Positions 1 through 12,175 of a stretch of DNA of 64,000 nucleotides are shown one piece after another; position 1 is the stretch's first letter; each line of letters starts with the position of its first letter. The DNA is taken from NCBI GenBank assembly GCA_025594325.1, contig JANHCV010000006.1:1550001-1614000 (forward strand), read 5' to 3'. The notes under the pieces are model-generated. The model made no database searches and was not told the origin of the DNA. It saw only the letters and a program-made list of their open reading frames with translations. The position numbers and the translations under genes are program-made. The DNA is from Blastocladiella emersonii ATCC 22665. Taxonomy: Eukaryota; Fungi; Blastocladiomycota.

Positions 1-23
1 CTAACCTCTCCCCAAACCTGTAG

Positions 24-258
24 CTACACCTCGTTCATCCCGCTGTACCCGCTCGGCGTCTTCTCCGAGTGCTCGCTGATCGTCGCGTCGCTGCCCGCCG
101 CCCACGCCTACAGCCCTGCCCTCTACTACGCCCTCATCGCCATCCTCTTCACGTACCCGCCCGGCCTCTACATGCTCTACACCTACATGATCAAGCAGCG
201 CAAGAAGGTTCTCGGCGGCGGCTCGTCGACTGCCGCCAAGAAGGTCAAGTCGCAGTAA
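24..258 (+). CDS. PHS1: Last exon of very-long-chain 3-hydroxyacyl-CoA dehydratase (PHS1/HACD/PTPLA); gene begins before the window
   Basis: Branch CTAAC at 1-5 and acceptor AG at 22-23. The exon reads YTSFIPLYPLGVFSEC...YPPGLYMLYTYMIKQRKKVL...KKVKSQ*, containing the catalytic Y-P-x-G-x-x-x-E motif and the YMxxQRKK signature. Confidence 0.85.
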
Positions 259-379
259 GTTGCGGCGGCTCCCTGTACATCACCCTCCGCGTCATTTTGT
301 TTTGTACAACACGGATTTTAATAGTCAATCATCGATCATGCAAGCAATACACGCAAAAGTCACCCACCACCCCGCTCAA

Positions 380-3300
380 TCACTCGAACCCCGCCGTTGA
401 CGAGTCGGACCGCTTCGACCCGAGCAAGCTCGACGTGCTGAGCGGCCGGGGCTTGGGCAGCCGCGACGACAGTCCCGCCGACGTGGGCAAAGGCGATCCA
501 GGCGCCGGAAGCCCCGACTGAACCCCGCCAAGTGCCGCGAACGCAAGCTGCGGCGACGCGGGGCTCGCGTTGAGCGAGTTCGCGCGCTCGAGCGCCGCGA
601 GCTTGCGCGGCGTCGAGTCGGCCGCGAGCGGGAGCATGCCGCGCGTCGACAGCGACGGCGGGCCCGGGTTGAATCCGCGCGGGAGCGGCGCTACCGCCAC
701 GGCCGGCTCAACGTTCTCGTCCGCGGAGTCGTCGAGCGACGCCGTCGACAGGTTCGACACGATGCTCGTGGTCGACGACGACGCGGACGCCGCGATGGCC
801 GAGTCCGAGAGCAACATCGCGCGCGCCGCGGGTTTCGGCGACGAGGGCACGGGTGCGGGGGCGGGCAGGTCGAGCGGCGCGGCGAGGATCCCGAGCGGGT
901 CGGCGGGGCCGGCCGGGGCGGTGGTGGTCTCGTTGGGCGGTACCTCCTGCATCACCTCGTCCTCATCTTCCTCGACGTTCACGACGTTGGCGACCTGGAG
1001 GATCTCGGCGCGCGACTGCGGCGCGGGGATCAGCTCGGGCGCGGGCCCGAGGAACCGGCGCTTCGCGGGCACCTCGATCTCGTCGGCCTCGCGCAGCCGC
1101 TTGGTCACGAGCTTGGTCGCGGCCGACTCGAGCCGCGCCGTGCGCTGCGTGAACCCCGTCACCAGCTGCTTGCAGTTGTCGACCATGGTCTGCGACTTGC
1201 GCGAGGTCAGTTTGCGGGACGCGAAAGCGGAAGGAGAGAAACGCGCACCTTGTGCTTCCACCACTGCGCGTCCTTGGTCACACCGTCCTTGGCCTTGGCC
1301 GACGCGTCCTTGAACGCGGCGACGCCCGCCGCGACCGTCGACGCGGCGGCCCCGAGCCCCTCGGCCGCGACCGCCGCGTGCGCCGCGAGGCTCTGCTCGA
1401 TCTGCGCGACGTGCTGGTGGACCGCCGCCGTCGCTGTCGCGAGGGACGTGCCCGTCGCCGTCGCGTGCGCCGCGGCGCCCGTCTCGGCGGCCGTGACCTG
1501 CGCCGTCGCCGCGGTCGCAAAGTCGGTGATGAGCGACCGCCCGGAATCGAGCGCGCACTCGGCCGCGAAATGCCCCGCGCCAGCCTTATCGCGGGCCTCG
1601 TTCGTGACGGCCGTCAGCGCCGTGACCTGGGCGACCGCGAGCGCGCCAAACGATTGCACGTCGGCCTCGACGCCCTCGACGGCGCCGCGCGTGGTCGCGG
1701 CCGCGGCCTGGATGGCCCCGACGCGAGTCGCGACGAACGCGTCAACGAGCCGCCCGATATCCGCGACGAGCGTGCGCGACATGGCGGTGGTCTCGGTCAC
1801 GTCGCGGTCGGCGGCCGCGCGCGCCGCCTCGCTGGCCGCCTGCAGCTTGGCCACGGTGTCGGCGCGGAACTGCGTGACCTGGGTCTCGAGCGCCGCCAGG
1901 GACTCGGCGTGTGCGCCAAAGTGCGTCGCGAGCGCGGAGAAGACGAACCCGAGGTCCGTCGTCAGCGTGTCGGACCACGCCGCGTGCTGCTGGCGGAGAG
2001 ACGAAATGTCGCCGCGCACGGCGGAGCTCCACGACTCGACCTCGCCGCGGTACGCGGCGGCCGAGGCCACGAGCTCGTCGCGGACCTGGTCGAAGAGGGC
2101 GCGCAGCTCGGCGGGCGTCTTTTGCCCGACGTGCTCGCCGACGCGCGCCGCGAGCGCGTCGAGCTGCGACCGCAGACGCGACTCAAGGTCGTCGTACTTG
2201 GCGCACGCGCTCGTGTGGTTCTACACGCGCCAGCGTCAGGTCAGCCGGCACTCGCTGGACCAAACCAAACGAAAGAAACCGTACCGTCTCCATGTCGGCC
2301 ATGAACTTGTCGAGCTGCTGCTGGATAACACTTCCAACATTGGTCTGGACGGCGTCGAACTGGTGCAGCTTAGCGGCGAGCGACTTGAGCTCGCCCTCGA
2401 GCTCGCCGCGGAACTTGCGGACCTCGGCGTTATTCCCGGCCGCGAGCTCGCGCGCGCCCTCGACGGTCCCGTGGAGCCGGGCGGCAGCGGCGTCGGCGTC
2501 GCCGATCGTGCCGAGCATGTCTTGGATGAGCGAGCGGAGCGTGGCCTCGCGCTGGGAGACGGCGAGGAGGACGGTGCGGTCGTCGCGGGTGCGTGCCTTG
2601 AGCTGGTGGTTGGCCTCGACGGCGGCGACGAGCTGGTCGCGCGTCGTGTAGAAGGCGGTGCGGGCCGACTCGGCGTTGCGGTCGGCGATCTGGCGGCGGT
2701 TGCGCTCGGACGTGACCTCGTCGTTCTTGAGGTCGAGGTCGAGCTTGGCCTGCTCGGCGGCCTGGCGCGCCTCGTCGCGCTGGGTGAGCAGCTCCTCGTG
2801 GGCCTCGACCGAGAGGTGCACGCCATTTTGCTCGCGCTGGGCCTTGAGCTCGTTCTTGAGCTTGACGATCTCGTGGGTGAAGTCGGACATGAGCACCTTC
2901 TTGTTCATGCGCTGGTTGGCCTCGGGCTTGTTCTGGATGTTCTTGGCGCGGTGCGCGTAGTCGAGCGTCGACTGGGTCTCCTCGGCGTTGTTGGAGACGG
3001 GCGAGACAGTGGCGATAATGCACGTCTTGGCGCGGCCGCCGAGCGACTCCTGCAGCAGGCGCGTCAGCTTGGACTCGCGGTACGGGATGTGCGAGTCGCG
3101 CTTGACCAGCGCGTTGATGACGCGGCCGAGGTACAGCAGCGACTTGTTGATGAGCCCGGCCTCGCGCGCCTGCATGTTCTCGGCGCCCGACCGCGTCACG
3201 TTCTCGGACCCGGCGAGGTCGACCAGGTTCAGCTTGCCCGTCTTGAGCAGCTCCTCGCCCGAGTCGGTGGTCTCGCGCATGAAGACGGTGATGGTGAAGA

Positions 3301-4045
3301 TGCAGTGCGAGCGCGACGACGCCGCGTTGAGGTCCGTGGCGGCCGTCTGGCGGCGGCGGCTGGCCTCCTGGACGCGCTGCATGGCCTCGTGCGCCGTCTG
3401 CACGCTGGCCTCCTCCTGGAACTGCAGGACCACGGACCCGGACCGGTCGGTGCTGAGGCGGATGGGCGGCGGGTTCGGGCCGAGCGCGAGCAGGTCGCGC
3501 AGGTTCTCGTTGTAGATCTCGATGCACGACAGCTTGACGGTAAACTCGGACCCGCTCAGCTCGAGCGTCTCGAACAGGTTGTACAGCGCGCGCGGGATCA
3601 TCCCCGCGTTGGGCGAGAACCGGCCGTCGACCTCGGACACGTCGCCGTTTATGGTGAAACTCTTGCCTGTGCCAGTCTGGCCGTACGCGAAGATGGTGCA
3701 GTTGTACCCCTCGAGCACCTCGCGCAGGATCGGCGCCACCACGTCGCGGTATACGAGTTCTTGGGATGCGTCCGGCGAGAACACCTGGTCGAACGTGTAC
3801 TTGCGCGGCCCGCGGTCCGCGTGCACGAACTCGAGCTCGCGCGACCGCGCGCCGGAGAACCGCAGGATCGCCGGCGCCCGCTCGCTGATCTCGCGCTGGT
3901 TCTGCGGGCGGCAACGCACGAACACCTGGATGTTCACCTCGCCGTTCGAGTTGGCCGTCGCTGACGACGACGACGACGCCGACTTGGCGCCGCCGCCGGC
4001 GGGACCGGCACCGCGGTCGCGCGGCGTGAGTGGATCGCGCAGCAT
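380..4045 (-). CDS. KIF11: Kinesin-5 (BimC/Eg5/KIF11 family), 3 exons: 4045-2285, 2220-1249, 1189-380; ~1180 aa
   Basis: N-terminal motor domain with P-loop FAYGQTGTGKS, switch I NAASSRSH, switch II LVDLAGSE and HIPYRESKLTRLLQESLGGRAKT, followed by a coiled-coil stalk. The 64-nt and 59-nt GT-AG introns join the three ORFs in frame. Confidence 0.9.
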
Positions 4046-6382
4046 GGTCGGTGCGGGTCGGGTTTCCGGAGATGGATGTGGATGCAGTCGGTCGGCCGAG
4101 TCGGAGAAGTTGCGTTGCAGTTACGTTGAGGCCGCAGCGGGTGCGGGCTCGAGGGATGCGGTGATGGGAAGAAGAAGCGGGAGGAGAGAGAGCAGGGACC
4201 GCGACGTCTCGGCCTGGGCGAGTGCGCGTGCGACGGCCGTCCCGTCCCGTCCCGTCCCGCCGTGTGATCGCCATCTTCCCCCGCACCTTCCACCCCACCA
4301 CCGCGAGTTCCCCTCACACGCGCAATACACTACACGCAAGCTAGCTCATGGATCACGATTATTTGCTTCAGTTATGTCTGAGCTGGGCTGAGTCAGCAGT
4401 GAGATCGAGGTCAACTCTCTGGGGCGGAGTTCGCTCAGTTCACGCCCCTCTTGTTGTTGCCCTGATCCGGCTACCTGTTCGACTCCAAGTCGCGCTCGTG
4501 GCTCATGAATTTTGCTAGCATGGATCTTGCTTCTACTACAGTTGCCCGTGCAACCTGACATCGGCTCGGAGGGCGCAGCGCCGCGTGTCCTTAGCACACA
4601 GGCTGGTCGCGCACTGGCCGCGGCCCCAAGACAGACGTTCCAAAGTATGCAGCGACTTGCGTGAACCACCAGTGTGAGGAATCCGTCGTGAGTTGCTTCC
4701 CGCCGAGACCGTCCGCCTCGCGTCCGAGTTTTCACCCTGCGTGCACTCCCTTCCTTCACGCACGCCAACGACCCCGAGGACTCGCTTGCGCGACACCGTC
4801 GCGAGCCGGCTGAGCCACACGGCTCAAATTCATTCAAGCTTACTTGAGACGCGCTTGAGCTCGTTGACGCACCTCTCGTCCAACTCGCCGTCGTTGCGAT
4901 CACGCGCGGGACCCACACAGCGTTGCGAGCAGTACAAGGTATATCAGAAGATGTATTTTTCGGCAAGTGCGAGCAAGCCGCCCATGCAGAACACAACGAT
5001 GAGCCAACGTAAAATGCCGCACGCAAAAACAAACACTGGCCTCACCGAGTACAGTTTTGCAAGGGTGTTGACATAACAAATGAGGACAACGAAGCCCAAG
5101 CCAGCGACCACGCCAAGTATCAATGTGGCCAGAAAACGACGGTTGCATTTTTCCCTCGCAGCTGAGATGGCAGGTGGTTTGTTAGCAGGCAAGGACTGCT
5201 TCATATGAGTAAAGTAAACATCGACGTACCAGACTCGATTTGGGCGAGGACTCGGACGGAATCTTCGTCGTAAGCCGTACCCTGCATGCGATTCACGCTC
5301 AACAACTTGCCGACTTCTTCAGACGGCAGCAGTGTAGGCAAGGACCGAGCCTCATGCCGGACCACCGTGTGCTTGTTCGAGACCTTGGGCGGTGGCCAGT
5401 ATGAGTGCAACTTGACGCCGTGATACGGGCCTGTAAGCGTCAAGGAACTGGAAGTCTGAAGCTCCTGACAGAGTGGTGGCAAGTGAGCAAAAACGATGCG
5501 AGAGCAACCAAAGTAGCGCGTACCGGTACGTGTTGCGGGTTGTCGAGAAGTTTATAGTTGGTGACTGGGATCATCATAACAGAAGCGCCTCTTGTTCGTG
5601 GTGGTCGCAAACGTTGGGGGAGGGTCAAAGTCAACCGGGCCGCACCGCTGAATTTATCGGTGACTACAGCCAATACCCCTCGTCCATGTATGCAGAATCT
5701 CACCTACAATGCAGCCATTGCGAAGGCTTGGAAAGCCTATTATGGCGGGCATGCTGAGCCACATGCATTCACGGATCCGGACCTTGATTAGGCCGTCAAA
5801 CCTCAGCAAAGTCCCGTTTGTTTGAAGCGAACAGGGCGCTATTGTAAGGAGCGACCACGGATTCGTGATAGTCTTGAGGCGTTCTGCCATGGCACGCTGA
5901 ATTACTTCGTTGCTGATGCCTGGCACGTTACTTCCTCGAAACGACTCGCTCGTAACCCGCCCGACCCAGAAAATGTTACTTGAGAGCATACCGTGCTTTA
6001 GAGCTTTGGTAGAGTTGACTCGGTAGTTGAAACGGTCAAGGTCGAGGCGCGAAGCGAGATGCGTCGCTTCTTGAAACATGACACGTGTGTGGCGCAGCGC
6101 GTCCGAACGCCATCAGATCCGTCCCGCGACGGGCCGAGGGAAGGACGGTTTATCGTGATTGATAGCGAAAACCACTTAGCTTGATCTTGATGGGGAGCTA
6201 CTTGTGGTCCATAGCTTAGCGTGCGATGGGAAATGTCGAGCACAAGAACAGTAAGCGTCCTGCTCTGCTGCGGTCAGCGTGAACGGCCTCACTTCCAATC
6301 GCACCAACTTTCAAGACCAATGGGAGAAACACGAAAAACGAAATGTACTGATTGAACAACAAAAGCGACCGCAAACCAACGA

Positions 6383-8639
6383 TTACCGCTGAAAGGACCC
6401 GATCGGTGCGACGCGTTTGAGCTCCTTGACGCACTCCTCGCCCGACTTGCCAGCGCACGACGCGATCGCGCGCTTGACCCAAGCGGCATTGCGCACGGTG
6501 TCGAGCGCACCGTCGGGGACCTGGCGCCAAAAATCAAGCAGAGTCGGACATCCGTCGCTTGAAATGATGGTGAGGAGCCCGCCGAGGTCAAAGCGGATCA
6601 GGGCGCGAATCAGCTCGCGCTCGGGGAACTCCTTGGCGTGCAGAACATGAGACTCTGGCACCGGCTTGCCGCGGTGCGTTCTGTTGCACCACACATCGAG
6701 CTGACCCGCGTGGTTGAGACTGTTGCGCAGCGTAAGTTTGGCAAACTCGGGAAGTTGGGCAAGGCCACTTATGAGGACGAGCAAGTTGGAAAGCGTTGCA
6801 AGGCAGCGCGCCTGGCCAAACAGCATGCACTGCTCGCACAGCTGCACGAGCCCGGCAATAGCAACGGGAAGTCTGTTGGTGACGCGCCACTGCAGTCCGA
6901 AGTGCGCCACGATCATGATCCCAAGAAGCTTTGGGGCCAGTCGAGGCAGGCAAAGCTGGCGCATTGGTTCAACTCGGGTCGAAGGCTTCTGCAGCGCGGT
7001 GACAATGAGCCAGTAAGCCTTGACGTACCCAGTACAGTGTTGCTCGGGAGTATGGTCAATCACGGCAACAAAAAGCGTGAACAGTGACATCATAAGCTCC
7101 TGGTCGCTCGTTGGCTCGGCAAAAACAGCGTCAAAACGAAGCTCAGGCTGAGTGAGAGCCTTGCGATGCTTTGCGTTGAGTGGATCATGTCCAGTGCGGA
7201 TGCATGTGGCAAGCATGTTCAAGAGCGAGGGCAGCTCCTGGCGCATGCGGTAGTGTGCGAACTCGAAGACACGTCGGGCCCCGCTCATGCGAAGGCGTTT
7301 CGAAACAAGCGAGGTGAGGAAGGCTACGGAGCGACAAGTTAAAGTCAGTTGGTATTTGTTGACTCTGAGCTTAAATAGACGCACCATGCGTCACCACAAG
7401 TGAGAGTTGTGAGCCAGCTTGAGCAATGATCGCCTCTTTGAGCGTTGTCGGGCCGGATTTGCTCGCCTGGAATGCGAAAGCCAAAATGAGGGCAAGTGTA
7501 GCAACGTCAAACAAAGCGTCGCTGTCAAAAACACGACAAATCTCCACCGGATAGCCGTCGTCGCGCAAAGAGGCGAGTAGGAATGCGCGGTCTTCTGTAG
7601 ACAGGTCCACGAGAACCTTGTTCGGGTAGTGATCAAGCATATAAGCAAGAGCTTGCCTCATGTGTGGTTTCGCTCTGAGAAAGTCGAGAATGCCCGATTC
7701 AACGTAGCAGTCTCCAAGCGCTGGCGCAAAGCGAAAGCACCAGTCAAGCGTGCGCGGAGCGTCCATAGCCGTATCAGCCGTCTTGGGAAAGTTTTCCTCG
7801 ATAACACGGTTTAAGCGCGCGTTATTTGAAACCAGATCACCAATGACAGGCAAGTTGAAGGATCGACCCAGGGCGTTCAAAGATTCGAGGAATCCCGGCT
7901 TCAAGGTCAGGATCGACAGAAGCGAAAGGTAGTTATCGAGACTGAGCTGCAGCTTGAGGCTCAACAATGAGGAGCGCGACAGACCTGGATGGATGAGGAA
8001 CCAGTCGTCTCGGACGTGATCAAGCAGTTGAGGAGCTCGCGCCAGGGTGTCCTCCACCATTCGTCTGCATGCTGTCGTGTCTCCATGAGTGACGACCGAA
8101 ACAAGCATTTGAACCAACGAGAAGACGGGGAAAAGGATGCACGATTTGAGTAACCGGGCGGAAGGTGCCGATACGAGGAGAGAAAGAAGGCTCGGATCCA
8201 CAGCAAGGCGCGCAAGGGAAGGTTTCATGAGGCCGAAAAAAACGTTCGATGCAGCGCGGTAAAAGCTGTCGCTGGGGCGCTTTGCATGGACCATATGCGC
8301 ACGGTTCAAGTAGTCGTCGAGGTCGGTGCGCGGGTACTCTAACCGAGGGCTGACCAAATAGCGGGCATTGAACCCGTTGCGAGCATTCTTGATCCATGAA
8401 GAAAGCAGGGGTTGGATCCAAATACGCTGGACTTCCCCGTCGACAACGATGTTGCGCAGCTCGCGCGTTGCGGCGGGGATGCAATCGCGAGGAGATGCGA
8501 GTTGCAGGACCTGGATGAGCAGCTCCGACGGAATTGTGTCAAGCGTGAGTGCGACGGTGCCACCGTCGCCGTGGGCGTATCCGTCGTCCACGGCGGAGCC
8601 CGCCAAGTCTCGATTCATGGCGTTGGTCATGTGCTCCAT
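6383..8639 (-). CDS. F-box-like protein of unknown function, 2 exons: 8639-7385, 7323-6383; ~731 aa
   Basis: N-terminal LTLDTIPSELLIQVLQLA...ATRELRNIV resembles an F-box. A 61-nt intron (GTGCGT...CTGAC...TAG, 7384-7324) joins ORFs 7371-8993 and 6383-7387 in frame. The rest is Leu-rich and helical, family not recognised. Confidence 0.6.
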
Positions 8640-9352
8640 AGTGCGTTCCGCAGCGACACACGGTGGTTCCCATCGCTTCGTCAGGTCATTCGACTCTCCG
8701 GCTGCCTGGACACGCTTTAGACGGCCCTTGCACACGCTCACACGGAAACGCGTGATTGATCCGATCAGCGCCACGCGTTTGTCACGGGGTGCTCGACGCG
8801 ACTTCAACCGCCAGGGGGAGCCGACTCGGCCTCGATCTGGACATGGCAAGTCCGGATTCCCCGGCGACAGCCGGGTGACTCCAACGCGTCGAACAGGGCT
8901 GATGGGTGTGACAGGGGCCTGTCGGCCCCGCCTGTTCAACCGCTCGGTCGCCAGGGGCGGCCTCAACAAAGCTTTTAGTGCGTATGACTCCATGCAATTT
9001 TATCTTAAAAGCATTACATGCGAGATTCAGCCTCGCTGTTTTTACGAGCCACCGTATCTCCTTTGTCAAAGGTGCAAGGCATGGCTGTCATTTGAGAGCC
9101 GCAACCGGCTCTCTCGCCGCGTCGCACGCTTTATGATGTCGAACTCTTTCGAACGTGGGATTCAGCCTAGTGGGACCTTAAGTGAAAGACGCGTTCGGGA
9201 AAACACGTGAGAAGCGCGCGAGACTTTTGTCGCCTGACATCACGTGGCATCGGCTGATAGCCGCCTCGCCCGATTTCGACGACGCGGTTTGCACCGGCTC
9301 TTCCCTTGGCTCTTCCCTCCCAGAGACCACCTCCGCAGGCTCATGTAATCGA

Positions 9353-11734
9353 ATGGAAGTCGCCGCATTGGAAAGCTTCCCCGAGGATGTCGTGCGCGAC
9401 ATACTGGATGTCGTCGCGCGCCCACTCCGCGTCAGCTTCGATTCGAGGGTGTGCGCGCATCCGCTCAACGTCTCCATCGAGTCAAGGTTGCGGGAATCGG
9501 CGGACTATGACACCAAATTTGAGGCCCGTCGCACTCTCTGGCGAATCGCAGCTGCCATCCCGTCGTGGCGGGCCGAGGCGATGCGCCGGTTCTGGAGCGA
9601 GCTCCTGATCAACCCGACCATCGACGCGTGGCCGCTTCTTCTGCCGAAATCGCCGACTCTCTCGGTTGTCGACTATGCTTCTGCTCGGTACGATCCGCGA
9701 GCGCTGCTACGGCCTGGATTCCAGGTCCCAGGCGCCGAATCCAAGGCCAATTACTTTTCGGTCCCCATCCCCGCTGGATGCGTCCAGACACTATTTGTGA
9801 TCAAGATTTCCACCGAATTCAAGATTTCCACCGAATTCCGTTTTTTTGGGAACGTTGGGAACCGTACCACCAGTGTGATCCGCCGCCTAAACACCGGCGC
9901 AAGTCTCTGGCGGCTCACACTTGCGCTCGGCGAGTCGATTTCCGCCATCTGCGCCCCTGTCGCTTTGCGCGAAGAACTTGTTCACGGCTACCCCTCCTTA
10001 CTCGCGGAGGCTCGCGCTCATCCGCGTCGCACGCCGCTCAACTGCATCGATTGGCCCTCGGCGAACCCGTCTCGCCGGATTCATTCCACGAGTGCGGCCG
10101 GGCACTTCGCAGTCCCATCTCGCTCACTTCTTGTCTGCACCCCGACCATCGATTCCGAGGATCACATCGCGCTCTACGGCATCCAGCCGCACGGGCTTGA
10201 TTCGCTTGCGCTCGAGTGTACGCTGACTCCAGCTGTTTTCCACGCTCTTGTTGGCTTTCCGAGCTTGAATTGTCTCTATCTTCACTTGACCGGCTTAATT
10301 CATTCACATGCGGTCCAATCTGCTAATGTCGGCAATCAACACCGGACTCTAAACAATCTTCGCTCACTCTCAATCAAGTGCAAAGGCTCACACGACACCG
10401 CCCACATTCTGCGACTGCTTGGACTCGAATTTTCGTTCCCGCAACTTGCGTGCCTTGACCTACACTGCCTGCCTGATCGTCACATCGACGAGTACACCGA
10501 CGAGTCTTGGGCGATCAGTGACGACGAAGACGAGGTTAGCGCCGAAGTAGCTCGCAGTGACGCGATTTTGCGCGCCACGTCTTGGTGTAGCGTCATGCCC
10601 TGGTCGTCCATGACCTCCCTGCGGCATCTCACCGTCCAAGGCGTTGATCTGACTCCTGATGCTCTCTATGAGCTCGGACAGCTTCCCCGCCTCAATACTT
10701 TGGATATTCAATTTACTTCGATTGTTGGATCTGGTCCAGCCGACGAGGTAAACAGCTCACGCTTACACTTCCCACCTTCCGCCGCTTTCCCTGCGCTTCG
10801 TGTGCTCTCGCTGGACGACTGGAACTGCTTCATGGCTTTCGCGGCGCTTTCGCTACCACTTCTTGTCACTGCTTCAATCACCTGTTATTTCAGCGGGATG
10901 TTGATGTTTCCCTTGCTCCCTTGGCGAGGTCTGCGGACCCTCAACTTTTTTGGGGCCGGATCAAAGGTTGTGCTGCCACAGGAAATCAACAAAGCGCTTC
11001 CGAAGCTCAATGCGCTCACAATCGAAGCGGTGCTCAGCGTCGATTTCAGTGCGACAAGCACCATGGGCTCGGGTCGAGTAGAACCCCCTCAGATTTCATT
11101 CCCAGGACTACTCTCACTGACAGTCGATTCAACCGATGCGCTCGACTGCTTTGCATTGATGCCTACCCTTCGGCAGCTCAAGATCACGGGTCGCGAGGCC
11201 AAATTCATTCCTCCGTTCCCGAAGCTCCACTCCTTGTACGTCGATCAATTCCATCTCGACGCGTTGCGCAGCATCTTTACGCTTCCTGAGCTACGGTCGC
11301 TCAAGATCCGCAAGGTTTCCGCTTGGGGACAAGATCCCCCTTACCTTATGTGTCCGATTCGCGCAACTGACCGGGATTGTGAGCTTTTGCGGCTCATTGC
11401 CAGCTTTCCACCTCCCAGGCGCTCCAAGCAACTGAGCGAAGTGGTCGTGGAGGTGGTCGAGGGTCACGGAACCCGTGTGACCCCGCTTAGTCTGCTTTCG
11501 CTCGTGCTCAAATGGCTTGCGGAGCTACGGAATACCGACGAGGATTCGAACAACTATTGGGACTCGGACGACGAGTACGAGTGGCACAGGCGCCAAGCTA
11601 TGGGCCCGCTGCCGTTTGTAGTAACGCTTCGCTCGCGCGGCCAAGGAGTTTCTGTCCAGGATCTGTACGCTATCGCTGCCTCGCTCCCGGCCCAGCTTGC
11701 TGGGCGACGCGTCAAGGTCGTCATTGACAAGTGA
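9353..11734 (+). CDS. F-box/LRR (RNI-like) protein, single exon, ~793 aa
   Basis: First ATG gives MEVAALESFPEDVVRDILDVV (F-box-like start), followed by repeated LxxLxL motifs (LRSLSI, LACLDL, LRHLTV, LNTLDI, LRVLSL, LRTLNF, LRQLKI, LRSLKI). Confidence 0.7.
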   Translation: MEVAALESFPEDVVRDILDVVARPLRVSFDSRVCAHPLNVSIESRLRESADYDTKFEARRTLWRIAAAIPSWRAEAMRRFWSELLINPTIDAWPLLLPKSPTLSVVDYASARYDPRALLRPGFQVPGAESKANYFSVPIPAGCVQTLFVIKISTEFKISTEFRFFGNVGNRTTSVIRRLNTGASLWRLTLALGESISAICAPVALREELVHGYPSLLAEARAHPRRTPLNCIDWPSANPSRRIHSTSAAGHFAVPSRSLLVCTPTIDSEDHIALYGIQPHGLDSLALECTLTPAVFHALVGFPSLNCLYLHLTGLIHSHAVQSANVGNQHRTLNNLRSLSIKCKGSHDTAHILRLLGLEFSFPQLACLDLHCLPDRHIDEYTDESWAISDDEDEVSAEVARSDAILRATSWCSVMPWSSMTSLRHLTVQGVDLTPDALYELGQLPRLNTLDIQFTSIVGSGPADEVNSSRLHFPPSAAFPALRVLSLDDWNCFMAFAALSLPLLVTASITCYFSGMLMFPLLPWRGLRTLNFFGAGSKVVLPQEINKALPKLNALTIEAVLSVDFSATSTMGSGRVEPPQISFPGLLSLTVDSTDALDCFALMPTLRQLKITGREAKFIPPFPKLHSLYVDQFHLDALRSIFTLPELRSLKIRKVSAWGQDPPYLMCPIRATDRDCELLRLIASFPPPRRSKQLSEVVVEVVEGHGTRVTPLSLLSLVLKWLAELRNTDEDSNNYWDSDDEYEWHRRQAMGPLPFVVTLRSRGQGVSVQDLYAIAASLPAQLAGRRVKVVIDK
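9803..9838 (+). repeat. Perfect in-frame 18-bp tandem duplication (KISTEF x2)
   Basis: aagatttccaccgaattc occurs at 9803-9820 and again at 9821-9838. Confidence 0.95.
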
Positions 11735-12175
11735 TTTGCGCGGTTCACCGCTTTGTCGCCGTTGTTTCAATTATAATTGTTGTTCATAATGTGTGCAGCT
11801 CATGGGCACTCGAAGGAAGATTGCGAGAGCAGGAAATATGTCATCGACTTCGTATCACGTTTCGCGCGACGTCTCACGCGACGAACAATCAAGATTGTGT
11901 TAGTGGACGTGAAACCATGACCTCGGATCAGTTCGGTCTATAGCTCATCATTGATTGTTGCGTGATGGAGGCAAGTAAATTTTCGTTGTTTTTTTGGCCA
12001 AGGAAAGTATGCATCGCATGCATTCACATAGTCGTCGAGTCTTGTGAGCGCCGGTTTCGTGAGCGTCAAGGCGGCTGCCGTAGAGCACGCTCAAACTGGA
12101 GCGGTTCAAGTCAACGCATTCAAGTTGGACGTGGACCCCAGTCCTCGCTCTCTTCCCGTGCAAGCAACCCCCGCA

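Noticed and set aside
1250-3964. 904-aa plus-strand ORF and many other long ORFs overlapping real genes (e.g. 21739-23787, 34388-36121, 16466-17923)
   Set aside because: Antisense or off-frame shadows of GC3-rich genes. Stops are rare at this GC content, and the translations are R/A/G/P-rich with no motifs.
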